The position numbers and the translations under genes are program-made. From Deltaproteobacteria bacterium (GTDB lineage: Bacteria; Desulfobacterota; GWC2-55-46; JAJCZF01), in assembly GCA_029262535.1 (NCBI GenBank), contig JAJCZF010000083.1, positions 37,094-101,093 on the forward strand: a DNA stretch of 64,000 nucleotides, written 5' to 3'. Shown in pieces: positions 36,893 to 47,560 of this stretch. The notes under the pieces are model-generated. The model made no database searches. It was not told the origin of the DNA and was given only the letters and a program-made list of their open reading frames with translations. Each line of letters starts with the position of its first letter. Within the stretch, counting starts at the first letter, position 1.

Positions 36893-37990
36893 ATGAAAAA
36901 GGCCCACCCCACATATGAAGATATCATTGAGAACCTGACCGAGGGAGTGATTTCGATCTCACCTTCCATGACCATTACCGTCTTCAATCAGGCGGCGGAA
37001 AAGATCTTTGATATATCAAGACAGCAAGCGCTCGGCAGGAAACTCTCCGACCTCATAAAGAGGGACCCGTGGTTTGTCGCGCTCATGGAGACGGCGCTCG
37101 ACCGTGGCAAGCTCTATAGCGACCACGAAGAAAGGCTGCACCGTTCCTTTTCAGGCGCGTTAGAGGTAGGTGTTTCGACCTACCGTGTCTTTGATAACGA
37201 CGGCTTGCTTGCCGGAGCCTCTGCCCTTATAAGAGATCTTTCCGGTTTTAAGAAGATAGAACTTGAAGAAAAACGAAAAGACCGCCTCTCCTACATAGGA
37301 ACCTTTGTCGCAAGCCTCGCTCACGAGGTCAGGAATCCGCTGGCCGGCATTCGCGGCGCGGCACAGCTCGCCGAGCGTAGAAGCGATAACGATAAGGTCA
37401 AGAAATGCACCGAAATAATAATAAAAGAATCGGACCGCCTGAACTCGCTGGTGACAGGCATACTCGACTTCAGCCGCCCAAGAGAATTATTAAAGATATC
37501 TATAAATATTCATAAACTGATGGACCGGGTCGGGTCGCTTGCAGGTGAAGATAAGAAGTCGCTGCTCATCAAAGAGTACGATCCAAGCCTGCCGCCTGTC
37601 CTTGGCGACGAGGGGCAGCTTACACAGGTATTTTTGAACCTCTTAAAGAACGCTCGCGAGGCCTCGGGTAAAGACGGTTTAATAAAAGTACGATCAAGGA
37701 TAGTGACAGACTTTCATATGTCCTCAGGCGAGGAGGGGGGGCAGAGTAAGTTCGTAGCCATAGAGATAGTTGACAACGGACCGGGTATCGAACCGAAAGA
37801 TCTTGAGAATATTTTCACGCCGTTCTTCACAACAAAGAGCAAGGGCAGCGGCCTCGGACTGCCCATTTCCTTTCAGATAGTAAAAGAGCACGGCGGATTT
37901 TTAAAGATCGACAACAGGCCGGATGAAGGAACGCAAGTGCTCGTATACCTGCCCACGGCGGAACCGGAAAGAGACAAAAATGAAGACTAA
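36893..37990 (+). CDS. PAS-domain sensor histidine kinase (NtrB-like)
   Basis: 365 aa. PAS region, H-box SLAHEVRNPL, N box LLKNAREA, G1 DNGPGI and G2 GSGLGL. Confidence 0.85.
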   Translation: MKKAHPTYEDIIENLTEGVISISPSMTITVFNQAAEKIFDISRQQALGRKLSDLIKRDPWFVALMETALDRGKLYSDHEERLHRSFSGALEVGVSTYRVFDNDGLLAGASALIRDLSGFKKIELEEKRKDRLSYIGTFVASLAHEVRNPLAGIRGAAQLAERRSDNDKVKKCTEIIIKESDRLNSLVTGILDFSRPRELLKISINIHKLMDRVGSLAGEDKKSLLIKEYDPSLPPVLGDEGQLTQVFLNLLKNAREASGKDGLIKVRSRIVTDFHMSSGEEGGQSKFVAIEIVDNGPGIEPKDLENIFTPFFTTKSKGSGLGLPISFQIVKEHGGFLKIDNRPDEGTQVLVYLPTAEPERDKNED

Positions 37991-39416
37991 GATACTGATA
38001 GTTGACGACGATATTTCGATACTAACAGTCCTTGAAACACTGTTGGAGGACAAGGGTATTGAGATAACTACCGCGCAAGACGGAAAGAGCGCCCTGAAAT
38101 ACCTGCTAAGCGGAGAGTACTCCATTGCGCTGCTCGATATAAATGTCCCGAAGATGGATGGATTAACAGTGCTCAAAGAGGCGGTAGCGGCCGGTATCGA
38201 AACATCGATTGTCATAATGACCGCCGAGTCTACCATGACCAACACCCTTGAAGCGATGAAGAGCGGCGCCTACGACTACGTCTCAAAACCATTCGACCTC
38301 GAAGAGATCGAGATTCTGATCGAACGCGCCCTGACCAATCTCAAGATGAAACGCGAACTATCGTCCCTGAAAGAGAGGGTCAAGGAAGAACAGACGAAAG
38401 AGACGGCATTCATCGGCAGGAGCCGCCGCATCCAGTCTATATTTAAGGATGTAGGGCGCGTCGCTCCGCAGGATGTCACAGTCCTCATAACCGGCGAGAG
38501 CGGCACGGGCAAGGAGCTTTTGGCGCGTCTCATTCATAGCAATAGCCGAAGGAGCGAGGGGCCGTTCATAGCCGTAAATACCGCAGCAGTACCGGCAAAC
38601 CTCATGGAGTCCGAACTATTCGGCCATGAAAAAGGCGCATTTACCGGCGCAGAGGGACGCGCCAAGGGCAAGTTCGAACTCGCAAGCGGCGGCACGCTCT
38701 TTCTTGATGAGATCGGCGACACTACGCTCGACCTGCAGGCCCGCCTGCTTCGCGCCCTGCAGGAAAGCGAGTTCTATCGCGTAGGCGGAAGAGAGCCTGT
38801 GCGCGTAGACGTGCGCATAGTGGCCGCCACCAACCAGGACCTTGAAAAGGCGGTCGAAGAAAAACGCTTCCGCGAAGATCTCTACTACCGCTTGAATGTC
38901 GTAAAGATGGCGCTGCCGCCCCTTCGAGAAAGAAAGGGCGATATAATATTACTCTCTGAATTCTTCCTGGAGAAATTCGCCGATGAGATGGGGCTTGAAA
39001 AAACACTCTCCAAGTCGGCCCGAAAAGATATGGAGGCCTACCACTGGCCCGGTAATATACGCGAACTGGAAAACCTCTTAAGGCGCGCCGTGCTTCTATC
39101 GTCAGGCGTGATGCTCGGCCCCGCCGAGCTGATGCTTCCGAAACGCAGGGGCGACAAGGGCCTTTCTCTATCCGATATTATTACGGAGCGCTTGACCGAG
39201 TTTGTCGAGAAGACCCCATCGACCGGCAAACAGGAGCTATACGATACCATCATGCCATTGATGGAAAGACCGCTCATCTCACTAGTACTCAAAAAGACGA
39301 ACGGCAATCAAGTCCACGCCGCCGAGCTACTGGGCATAAACCGTAATACCCTGCGCAAAAAGGTTAAGGAGCTGAAGATCGATCTCTCGGAACTGAAGAA
39401 CGGCGGTCTCTCCTGA
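37980..39416 (+). CDS. Sigma-54-dependent response regulator (NtrC family)
   Basis: Start [11 protein letters not shown] at ATG 37980, overlapping the kinase stop by 11 nt. Canonical receiver ([18 protein letters not shown]), [14 protein letters not shown] and a Fis HTH. Confidence 0.9.
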   Translation: MKTKILIVDDDISILTVLETLLEDKGIEITTAQDGKSALKYLLSGEYSIALLDINVPKMDGLTVLKEAVAAGIETSIVIMTAESTMTNTLEAMKSGAYDYVSKPFDLEEIEILIERALTNLKMKRELSSLKERVKEEQTKETAFIGRSRRIQSIFKDVGRVAPQDVTVLITGESGTGKELLARLIHSNSRRSEGPFIAVNTAAVPANLMESELFGHEKGAFTGAEGRAKGKFELASGGTLFLDEIGDTTLDLQARLLRALQESEFYRVGGREPVRVDVRIVAATNQDLEKAVEEKRFREDLYYRLNVVKMALPPLRERKGDIILLSEFFLEKFADEMGLEKTLSKSARKDMEAYHWPGNIRELENLLRRAVLLSSGVMLGPAELMLPKRRGDKGLSLSDIITERLTEFVEKTPSTGKQELYDTIMPLMERPLISLVLKKTNGNQVHAAELLGINRNTLRKKVKELKIDLSELKNGGLS

Positions 39417-39418
39417 CT

Positions 39419-40066
39419 ATGCAAAAAACCCCGGTAAGCGGACTCTACCCGATAATAGATACAAGTATCGTTCCTAAAGATAAAATAACTACGGTCGCTA
39501 AAGCGATCATCTCCGGAGGCGCGCGCATTCTGCAGCTTCGCGCTAAGGAGCTGCAGGTGCGCGACCTCATGGAGGTATCCCTCTGCGTCAAGGAGGTAAC
39601 GCAGAGGGCCGCAGTAACTTTTATAATAAACGACCGGGTGGACGTGGCCCTCCTAACAGGGGCCGACGGAGTTCACCTCGGACAAGAGGACATACCCCTG
39701 AAGGACGCGCGTTCGCTGCTCGGGCCGGACGCCATAATCGGCGTCTCTACGCATAACCCTGAAGAAGCGATAGAGGCGGCTCTCGCAGGGGCCGACTATA
39801 TCTCGCTTGGCCCTCTCTTTCCTACAAAGACAAAAGAAGATGCGCACCCTGTACGCGGACTCGCTATCTTACGCGCAGTGGCAAAGGCTGTAAAAGAGGC
39901 CGCACCTGGAAAAGATATCCCTATCGTAGCCATTGGAGGCATCACCGAAGAAACCGCTCCGGAAGCCATCGCCTCCGGAGCGGCGGCATGCGCCGTTATC
40001 TCCGATATACTAGAAGCCAACGATATTGGCGCAAAGGTCGCATCCCTGATAAAGAAGACCGCTTAG
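39419..40066 (+). CDS. thiE: Thiamine-phosphate synthase
   Basis: 215 aa. LYPIID, LQLRAK, GADGVHLGQED, IGVSTH and GADYISLGPLFPT motifs. Confidence 0.85.
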   Translation: MQKTPVSGLYPIIDTSIVPKDKITTVAKAIISGGARILQLRAKELQVRDLMEVSLCVKEVTQRAAVTFIINDRVDVALLTGADGVHLGQEDIPLKDARSLLGPDAIIGVSTHNPEEAIEAALAGADYISLGPLFPTKTKEDAHPVRGLAILRAVAKAVKEAAPGKDIPIVAIGGITEETAPEAIASGAAACAVISDILEANDIGAKVASLIKKTA

Positions 40067-41352
40067 AAGAGGTTATAACCTCTCTCGCCGTGCTCCGATA
40101 CGTCCAGTCCCATGACCTCTTCCTCTTCTGTAACGCGAAGCCCTACTACGGCCTTGACTATCATCAGTATCACAAAGGTCCCGACAGCGGCGAGCACGAT
40201 GGTCGCAACTACACTTACTATCTGAATCCAGAGCTGACCTACATTACCGAAGAAGGCGCCCTCGGCCCCGACAGATGCGAATAGGCCGGTCGCTATCGCG
40301 CCCCACATGCCGCCAATGCCGTGTATGCCGAATACGTCGAGCGAGTCGTCGTAGCCAAGCTTGGGTTTAAGGTAACTTACGGCAAAGTAACATATTCCGC
40401 CGCCTATCAGGCCCATGATAAGAGCCGATACCGGGCCGACGAAACCGGCAGCCGGGGTGATCGTCACAAGACCCGCAACCGCGCCGGATAAGGCGCCAAG
40501 CAGTGTTGGTTTGCCCCTGTGTATCCACTCGATGAATGTCCATGAGAGACCTGCCGCCGCCGCAGCGGTATTGGTCGTTACGAATGCGAGCGCCGCCGTG
40601 CCGTCTGCTGCAAGTGCGCTGCCCGCGTTGAAGCCGAACCAGCCGAACCATAGAAGGGCCGTTCCGAGCAGAGTGAGCGTCAGGTTATGCGGCTGCATGG
40701 CGTCTTTCGGGTAACCCTTGCGCTTGCCTATAACGATACAGGCGACGAGCGCCGATACGCCTGAGCTGATATGAACGACCGTGCCGCCTGCGAAATCCAG
40801 CGCGCCCATAGCCCCGATCCAGCCGCCGCCCCATACCCAGTGGCAGAGCGGATCGTATACAACAGTAGCCCAGAGGACCGAGAAGATTACAAATGCCGAA
40901 AACTTAATCCTCTCCGCGAAGGCGCCTGTTATGAGCGCGACCGTTATGATTGCGAACATGCCCTGAAACATCATAAAGATATAATGCGGTATTGTGCCGC
41001 TTGCTTCCATGCCCACACCGGTAAGGCCCACAAACGACAGGTTGCCTACGATACCACCGCCCGCGTCAGGGCCGAAAGCGAGCGAATAACCCCAGAGGAT
41101 CCACTGCACGCCGATTAGGCAGAGAATGAAAAAGCTATGCATCATCGTAGCCAGAACATTCTTACTCCTCGCCATGCCTGCGTAAAAGATACCGAGCCCC
41201 GGTATCATCAACATAACAAGGGCCGCGCAGATAAGGATAAATGCCGTATCGCCCGTATCTATGACCGCCTCTGCCTCAGCCGCCGACGCGATCCCAGTAA
41301 AGACAAATAATATAAGCGCAAAAAGCGCGCCGATAAATCCATATTTCTTCAT
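40063..41352 (-). CDS. amtB: Ammonium transporter (Amt family), copy 1
   Basis: DTGDTAFIL..ALVMLM.PGLG.FY.G and AGG.VVH motifs with 11 TM helices. ATG 41352 has an AGGAGA RBS; the track start at 41412 is an extension. Confidence 0.9.
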   Translation of the reverse strand: MKKYGFIGALFALILFVFTGIASAAEAEAVIDTGDTAFILICAALVMLMIPGLGIFYAGMARSKNVLATMMHSFFILCLIGVQWILWGYSLAFGPDAGGGIVGNLSFVGLTGVGMEASGTIPHYIFMMFQGMFAIITVALITGAFAERIKFSAFVIFSVLWATVVYDPLCHWVWGGGWIGAMGALDFAGGTVVHISSGVSALVACIVIGKRKGYPKDAMQPHNLTLTLLGTALLWFGWFGFNAGSALAADGTAALAFVTTNTAAAAAGLSWTFIEWIHRGKPTLLGALSGAVAGLVTITPAAGFVGPVSALIMGLIGGGICYFAVSYLKPKLGYDDSLDVFGIHGIGGMWGAIATGLFASVGAEGAFFGNVGQLWIQIVSVVATIVLAAVGTFVILMIVKAVVGLRVTEEEEVMGLDVSEHGERGYNLF

Positions 41353-41541
41353 AAGTAGTTCTCCTTTTATCAAAAGTCTTTTTGTATTTTTTATTTTTAA
41401 AAAAGCCTTCAATTCGGACTAAGAATTAGAGATTTTTTTCTAGTTCAAGGCGGGGCGGAAAATAGAAAGCGAGGCGTACGCATGTACGTTGAAGCTTTAT
41501 ATTTTTCGTCCCAACGCGGAAATAGGAAAAAAGATCAATTC

Positions 41542-41892
<351 letters not shown>

Positions 41893-41907
41893 CTATTACT
41901 TATCCAA

Positions 41908-41947
41908 CAAAAAAAGGCGCCTCTCCACAGTGTGGAAAGGCGCCTTT
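41908..41947 (-). terminator. Intrinsic terminator/attenuator between amt copy 2 and glnK
   Basis: The minus strand reads AAAGGCGCC-tttCCACACTGTGGaga-GGCGCCTTT followed by a T run. The loop contains a CCACA..TGTGG REP-like core. Confidence 0.6.
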
Positions 41948-42010
41948 GCCTTTACGTCTATATCAGGTCGGATACTCCGTTGTATCCTTTTATTCGGTTT
42001 TAAGTCTTGG

Positions 42011-43354
42011 CTAAAAGAGCTGGTAGCCGTTCTCTCCGTGTTGCGTGAGGTCGAGGCCGAGCACTTCGTCTTCTTCCGTCACTCTCAGTCCTACCAGAGC
42101 GTTTACTATCTTTAGTATTATATAGGTTCCAACCGCCGAAAAAACTATGGTCACGGCGACGGCTATGAACTGCTTCCATAGCTGTGACGGATCGCCGGTG
42201 AAGAGCCCCTTTGCGCCTATCGATGCAAAGAGCCCAATGGATAACGAGCCGATTATGCCGCCGATACCGTGTATGCCGAATACGTCGAGAGAGTCGTCAT
42301 ACTTGAGGTACGGTTTTAGGATCGTCACGGCGAAGTAACATACAAAGCCGCCGAGGAATCCTATTAGTATAGCCACGCCAGGCGTTACGAAACCGGATGC
42401 CGGGGTAATGGTTCCGAGCCCCGCGACCGCTCCCGATATCGCGCCGAGCACTGTCGGCTTGCCCCTGTGTTTCCACTCTATAAAGACCCAGGTAAGAGTG
42501 CCTACGGCAGCCGCGGTATTTGTCGTTACGAGCGCCATCGCCGCGTTTCCGTTCGCGCCGAGCGCGCTGCCCGCGTTAAAGCCGAACCACCCGAACCAGA
42601 GAAGCCCCATGCCTATTACGGTGAGGCCGAGGTTATGAGGCGGCATCGCAACCTTTGGAAATCCTCTTCTGCCTCCAACGACTATGGCCGCCACGAGGGC
42701 CGATACGCCGCATGAAATATGAACGACTATGCCGCCGGCAAAGTCTAAGGCGCCGAGCTTTCCGAGCCAGCCTCCTCCCCACACCCAGTGGCAGAGCGGG
42801 TCGTATATAAAAGTCGCCCAGAGAACGGCGAATATTACGACGGCTGAGAACTTAACCCTTTCGGCGATGGCCCCGGTAATGAGCGCTACCGTTATGATAG
42901 CGAACATACCCTGAAACATCATAAAGAGTATATGCGGTATGGTTCCGTACGGCTCTGTGCCCACGCCGCGAAGCCCTATGTAGTCGAGGCCTCCTATTAT
43001 ACCGCCGACATCCGAACCGAACGAAAGCGTATATCCGAAGAGTATCCACTGTACGCTTATGAGACATAATATAAAGAAGCTGTGCATCATGGTGCCGAGT
43101 ACATTCTTTTTTCTGGCCATACCCGCGTAAAAGATACCGAGCCCCGGAGTCATCAACATGACGAGCGCGGTAGATACGAGTATCCATGCCGTGTCGCCGG
43201 TGTCTATCGTCCCTCCATCGGAGGCAAGTGCCATACCCGACCTGCCAAGTGTAAATAATAGGACGATACCTACCGCTATAAAAAATCTGCGGGTCAGGCT
43301 GTGAGAAAAAAGGTCGTACTTATTAAGTCGAAGACCAAACGCGCCAAACTTCAT
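42011..43354 (-). CDS. amtB: Ammonium transporter (Amt family), copy 2
   Basis: 447 aa, a close paralogue of copy 1 (DTGDTAWIL..., shared C-terminus RVTEE.EV.GLD...HGE.GY.LF). AAGGAG RBS. Confidence 0.9.
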   Translation of the reverse strand: MKFGAFGLRLNKYDLFSHSLTRRFFIAVGIVLLFTLGRSGMALASDGGTIDTGDTAWILVSTALVMLMTPGLGIFYAGMARKKNVLGTMMHSFFILCLISVQWILFGYTLSFGSDVGGIIGGLDYIGLRGVGTEPYGTIPHILFMMFQGMFAIITVALITGAIAERVKFSAVVIFAVLWATFIYDPLCHWVWGGGWLGKLGALDFAGGIVVHISCGVSALVAAIVVGGRRGFPKVAMPPHNLGLTVIGMGLLWFGWFGFNAGSALGANGNAAMALVTTNTAAAVGTLTWVFIEWKHRGKPTVLGAISGAVAGLGTITPASGFVTPGVAILIGFLGGFVCYFAVTILKPYLKYDDSLDVFGIHGIGGIIGSLSIGLFASIGAKGLFTGDPSQLWKQFIAVAVTIVFSAVGTYIILKIVNALVGLRVTEEDEVLGLDLTQHGENGYQLF

Positions 43355-43530
43355 TGTCCAGCTCCTTTATAAAATGTTCGGGCCTCGTCGCCCGGTCTTA
43401 AAGTTAAAGATTTAAGAGAGGCCTTTGCCTCACGGTTCTTTCTATATCAATATAGACCAAGCCAGCGCGGACAATAAAAAAACAACTATCTAAAAAACCC
43501 TCCGCGAAATTGGCCCCGCACCCGGTGCGG

Positions 43531-44289
43531 TTAGAAAGAGATAGAGATGCCTACGCCGCCGTAGAATATCGATGAATCGTTATCAATGCTAAGGCCGCTA
43601 TTGCCGTTGGCCGTTGTTCCCTCGAATGTATCTTTCGCGTCGCTTGAGAGCGGGAATGTATATGCCGCCTTCGGCTCTATCGTTACATTTTCAAATACCG
43701 GTATGGCGATAGAGGCAGTTACCTCGCCATTATAGAGGGCCACGTCGTCGAGATTTCCGTCGCCGTCGGTATCGTTCATCATAAGGTCGTTATCAAAGTT
43801 GACAGATGCCGACGCGCCGAGACTGAGCTCATAATCGCCTACCGGCACGCTATGTCCAACCGACAGAACGAGAAAAGCGCCGTCGCCCTCGTCGTAGTCG
43901 TAATAGAGTGTCGCCGACGGGCTAAGAGGCGCGTCGTAAGAGAGCGAGAGGTATAGTTCCTGTGTATCCTCAAGTCCGTCGAGCGCGTAATATATAAAAC
44001 CGGCCTCATAGGATAGTTTATCCATTGAACGCGAATAGCTCAGAGTAAGGTCTGTCTCGTTATGTTCGTTCGTATCCATATCGTAGTTTGCCCAGAGATT
44101 GGCTCCGAAAGCGCCCGATGTAATACCGACAGAGGGCTGTATCACGCCCTGATCGTCTGAGAGCTTTAGCCCCCTCCATACATAGTTGGACAGAATATCG
44201 GCCGACGCGCTGCCTGAAGTCTCTGCTGCCAGGGCCGAGACCGGCAGGGTTAGTACTATTGCCAAGATTAACGAGTAGATAAGTTTCAT
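43531..44289 (-). CDS. Outer-membrane beta-barrel protein of the Gcw_chp/TIGR02001-like family
   Basis: Signal peptide ending ALA-AE. ADILSNYVWRGLKLSDDQGVIQPSVGIT...ANLWANYD pattern, C-terminal ...ISISF. ATG 44289 is preferred over GTG 44301. Confidence 0.6.
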   Translation of the reverse strand: MKLIYSLILAIVLTLPVSALAAETSGSASADILSNYVWRGLKLSDDQGVIQPSVGITSGAFGANLWANYDMDTNEHNETDLTLSYSRSMDKLSYEAGFIYYALDGLEDTQELYLSLSYDAPLSPSATLYYDYDEGDGAFLVLSVGHSVPVGDYELSLGASASVNFDNDLMMNDTDGDGNLDDVALYNGEVTASIAIPVFENVTIEPKAAYTFPLSSDAKDTFEGTTANGNSGLSIDNDSSIFYGGVGISISF

Positions 44290-44457
44290 TTTTATTTGCA
44301 CCTTCCGTATTCAAGCTTTATTTAAAATTAAGAAACCCGGCAGGCTCCTTTGCCCGTTTATAGTCGCGTATTATAATATTATTAACGTCCGAAGCTACCG
44401 CTTCGTTGCGGAAGGTCCATCTGAAATAGAACGCAAGAATATTATTGGCATGTTATA

Positions 44458-44474
44458 TTGCAACATCCATGCCA
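44458..44474 (-). promoter_or_regulatory. Sigma-54 (-24/-12) promoter candidate for the porin-amt-glnK-amt operon
   Basis: The minus strand reads 5'-TGGCATGGATGTTGCAA-3', which matches TGGCAC-N5-TTGCW with correct GG/GC spacing. It lies about 170 nt upstream of ATG 44289. Confidence 0.55.
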
Positions 44475-44551
44475 TAATAAATAGTCTTGTTTTACAGGTA
44501 GTTAGGGAAAGGGGTTCTTACGGGTGCACTAATTTTAAGCAGTCCTGCACG

Positions 44552-45259
44552 TTATTCAACCAGCGAAAAGAAGGCATCTAAGAAGCGACGGCCATGCTCG
44601 TTTAGTTCCTCTATATATTTTGGGATGTCGTTCAGTATGGCGTCCGGATCGATGGCGCCTTTAAGTTCGGCCAGTTCTTCCGCTCCGGCCTCTATAAAGG
44701 AGCGTATCATCGGCTCGTCAACTTCAAGGTGAAACTGCATGGCGTAGGCGTGTCCGACGACCCTTAAGAGTTGATTCGGAAAGAGATCGGAGGTGGCCAG
44801 CCGGGTCGCCCCGACCGGCATATCGAATGTCTCGCCGTGCCACTGAAAGACCTTTAAGGTGTCCGGCATGGAGCCGAAGAGCGGGTCTCTTTTGCCGGAC
44901 GGCGTAAGCGATATATCGTACCAGCCTATCTCTTTCTCTTTGCCCTTGTAAACGGTCGCGCCCGCCGCCTTAGCAATGAGCTGCGCCCCGAGACAGATAC
45001 CGAGTATAGAGGTGCCGAACCTGAATGCGTCCTGAATGAGCCTGATTTCGTCTTTTATATATGGGTGATTTTCGACGTCGTTAACAGACATCGGACCGCC
45101 AAGTATTATGAGCGCCGCCACGCGGTCTATCGATTCGGGCACTTCGTCGCCCTCGTAGAGCTTTACAAATTGCGGTATAAGATCCCGTTTTGCCAGTATC
45201 GGCTCGATTATGCCAAGCCCCTCGTTCGCAACGTGTTGTAAAACTATTACCTTGCCCAT
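44552..45259 (-). CDS. Class I glutamine amidotransferase-like protein
   Basis: 235 aa. Nucleophile elbow GICLGAQL and QFHLE His-Glu motif. GGAGGA RBS. Confidence 0.8.
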   Translation of the reverse strand: MGKVIVLQHVANEGLGIIEPILAKRDLIPQFVKLYEGDEVPESIDRVAALIILGGPMSVNDVENHPYIKDEIRLIQDAFRFGTSILGICLGAQLIAKAAGATVYKGKEKEIGWYDISLTPSGKRDPLFGSMPDTLKVFQWHGETFDMPVGATRLATSDLFPNQLLRVVGHAYAMQFHLEVDEPMIRSFIEAGAEELAELKGAIDPDAILNDIPKYIEELNEHGRRFLDAFFSLVE

Positions 45260-45268
45260 ATATAAAAT

Positions 45269-45838
45269 CTATCCTCCAAATAGCGCGATTACGACCTCCG
45301 AGATATCCTTCAGGGTCTTTCTCCGGTCCATGCTGAGCTTTCTCAACCTCTTAAAGGCCTCTTCCTCCGAAAGCTTTTCCTTGCGCATCAAGAGCCCCTT
45401 TGCCTTCTCGACGATCTTTCTCGTCTCGATCGTATGCCTGAGGTCCTGATTCTCCGATTCGAGAGATTTTACCTCAAAGAACCTCTTCTTTGCAAGCACA
45501 ATGGCAGGTTGGATATCTTCCATCTTCGCGGGCTTTACCAGATAACCCATCACCCCGGCCTCCACAGCCCTCGTTATGGTATCGTTATCCTCAAGAGCGG
45601 TGAGTAAAATGACCGGCGTCGGGCACTCATCCCTTATGCGGGCCGCCGCCTCTATTCCGTCAGCGCCGGGCATGGATACGTCCATCAGCACGACCTCAGG
45701 ACTAAACGCCTTACAGATAGTAAGGGCCTCGGCCGCGCTTGCGCCCTCGGCAACGACCTTATGGCCGAGATCGGTAAGAAGCTCCCTGAGCAGGCCGCGC
45801 TGTAGTTCTTCGTCGTCTATAAGTGCAATCGTGTACAT
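45269..45838 (-). CDS. ANTAR-domain response regulator (RNA-binding antiterminator)
   Basis: 189 aa. Canonical receiver (IDDE, VLMDVSMPGADG, VKP) plus an ANTAR helix bundle (RKIVEKAKGLLMRKEKLSEEEAFKRLRKLSMDRRKTL). Confidence 0.85.
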   Translation of the reverse strand: MYTIALIDDEELQRGLLRELLTDLGHKVVAEGASAAEALTICKAFSPEVVLMDVSMPGADGIEAAARIRDECPTPVILLTALEDNDTITRAVEAGVMGYLVKPAKMEDIQPAIVLAKKRFFEVKSLESENQDLRHTIETRKIVEKAKGLLMRKEKLSEEEAFKRLRKLSMDRRKTLKDISEVVIALFGG

Positions 45839-45942
45839 GGTAGTATAAATTGCAATTATAATGCCAAGAAGATAAGTGTATGTATTTATTATACTTATAA
45901 AGAATCAGATAGAAAGGAAGGCGAATAATTAGGCCTGGATGA

Positions 45943-47400
45943 CTACTTTTTGTGCAGCAACTCCTCCAATTTCTCATAAAGCGACAAATATTTCCTGGCC
46001 GATGCCTGCCAGGAGTGGTCATCCGACATGGCCCTCTTAACGAGCGCGGCCCAGGCGGGTTTATTACTATAAAAGATCACGGCCTCGGCAAGTTTGTCTA
46101 CAAGCTTTTTTCCATTAAGCCCTTTAAACTTAAAGCCGTTTGCATCCGGCTCTCTTATATCGCGTATGGAGTCGTTGAGCCCTCCCGTGGCATGCACAAC
46201 GGGTATGGTGCCGTAACGCAGGCTATACATCTGATTAAGGCCGCACGGCTCGAAACGAGAGGGCATGAGGAATATATCGGCCCCGGCCTCTATCCTGTGC
46301 GCAAGCGCCTCGTCATAACCGATCTTTACGCCCACTCGTCCGGGATAAGCGGTAACGAGTCCTCTGAAAAAGTCCTCGTATCTCTTCTCACCCGAGCCGA
46401 GCAGCACTATGGAAATACCGAGCGACATAATATCGTCAATCGACTTTCGTATAAGGTCAAAACCTTTCTGATCCACAAGGCGGGAGATCATTCCGACAAG
46501 AGGCGCACGCGTCTTCTTCATGGAGAATTCATTTAAGAGGGCGGCCTTACAGGACTTTTTTCCCGATACCTTATCGGCGCTATAGTTAAAGGGCAAGGCC
46601 TTATCAGAGGCCGGGTCCCATACCGTCTGGTCCACGCCGTTCAGGATGCCGTGCAGTTCGTCTTTTCTAAACTTTAAGATACCGTCGTGTCCGAAACCCA
46701 ACCTCTTCGTTCGTATCTCTTTGGCATAGGTCGGGCTGACGGTCGTAATGGCGTCCGAGTAGGCAAGCCCCGCCTTTAAGAGACATATCTGGTCAAAGAA
46801 CTCAAGCCCGGCCAGGCCGAAGTGCCTCCTTGGCAGGTTCAAAACGTGATATAAGGAGGCGTCGAAGATGCCCTGATATGCGAGATTATGTACGGTAAAG
46901 ACGGACGAGGTCTTTGAAAAAACCGGGTCCTTCCCGTATGTATCCTTCAGATAAGGAGAGACAAGCCCGGTCTGCCAGTCGTTGGAATGTATAATATCGG
47001 GAGAGATCTTTAGCGCTTTGGCAGCCTCGAAGATACCGCGTGAGAAAAAAGTATAACGTTCGAGATTGTCGAAATAATCACCCGACGAGGCAGTGCCGTA
47101 TAGTTCGCTCCGGTCGAAATACTCGTCGCGCTTCAGGAAATAGACATCTACTCCACCGGAATCGGTGCGAAATAGCTCACACTCTATAATGCGCCTTCCG
47201 ACCGGAACCTCGAATTTGATACCGGTAGGCTCTACGACTTCACCGCTCTCGGCCACGGCCCGGTAATAGGGCAAAAGTAGGGTTACCTCTGCTCCGAGTG
47301 AGGTAAGTGCCTGCGGCAACGCTCCGGCGACATCGGCAAGCCCCCCGGTCTTACAAAATGGCGCGGCCTCGGAGGCAGCGAATATGACTTTAATAGACAT
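45943..47400 (-). CDS. glgA: Glycogen synthase (ADP-glucose type)
   Basis: 485 aa. N-terminal IFAASEAAPFCKTGGLADV; C-terminal PSRFEPCGL..MY..RYGT.P.V..TGGL. Confidence 0.9.
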   Translation of the reverse strand: MSIKVIFAASEAAPFCKTGGLADVAGALPQALTSLGAEVTLLLPYYRAVAESGEVVEPTGIKFEVPVGRRIIECELFRTDSGGVDVYFLKRDEYFDRSELYGTASSGDYFDNLERYTFFSRGIFEAAKALKISPDIIHSNDWQTGLVSPYLKDTYGKDPVFSKTSSVFTVHNLAYQGIFDASLYHVLNLPRRHFGLAGLEFFDQICLLKAGLAYSDAITTVSPTYAKEIRTKRLGFGHDGILKFRKDELHGILNGVDQTVWDPASDKALPFNYSADKVSGKKSCKAALLNEFSMKKTRAPLVGMISRLVDQKGFDLIRKSIDDIMSLGISIVLLGSGEKRYEDFFRGLVTAYPGRVGVKIGYDEALAHRIEAGADIFLMPSRFEPCGLNQMYSLRYGTIPVVHATGGLNDSIRDIREPDANGFKFKGLNGKKLVDKLAEAVIFYSNKPAWAALVKRAMSDDHSWQASARKYLSLYEKLEELLHKK

Positions 47401-47560
47401 CTAATGATAGTATCAGTAATATGAAAGCCTTTCAAGAGGGAGCTTGCAAAGCCATACGGCCTATATAAAACTGGCTAATGCGTGATAATGGTGGCATAAT
47501 GAAAAGATAGATTTTTCATAAAATACTTTTCCAAATACTTTTATCGACAAGGAGATCTTT

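Noticed and set aside
44302-44457. Glutamine-riboswitch-like fragments (CGUUC ... GGACG) in the leader of the porin-amt operon
   Set aside because: The conserved GGAAGUAGG-type core I remember for glnA-motif RNAs is absent. The similarity is limited to two pentamers.
44446-44462. Plus-strand TGGCATGTTATATTGCA resembling a sigma-54 promoter
   Set aside because: GG-to-GC spacing is one nucleotide too long, and it points into the 3' end of a convergently oriented gene. The overlapping minus-strand element has correct spacing and orientation.
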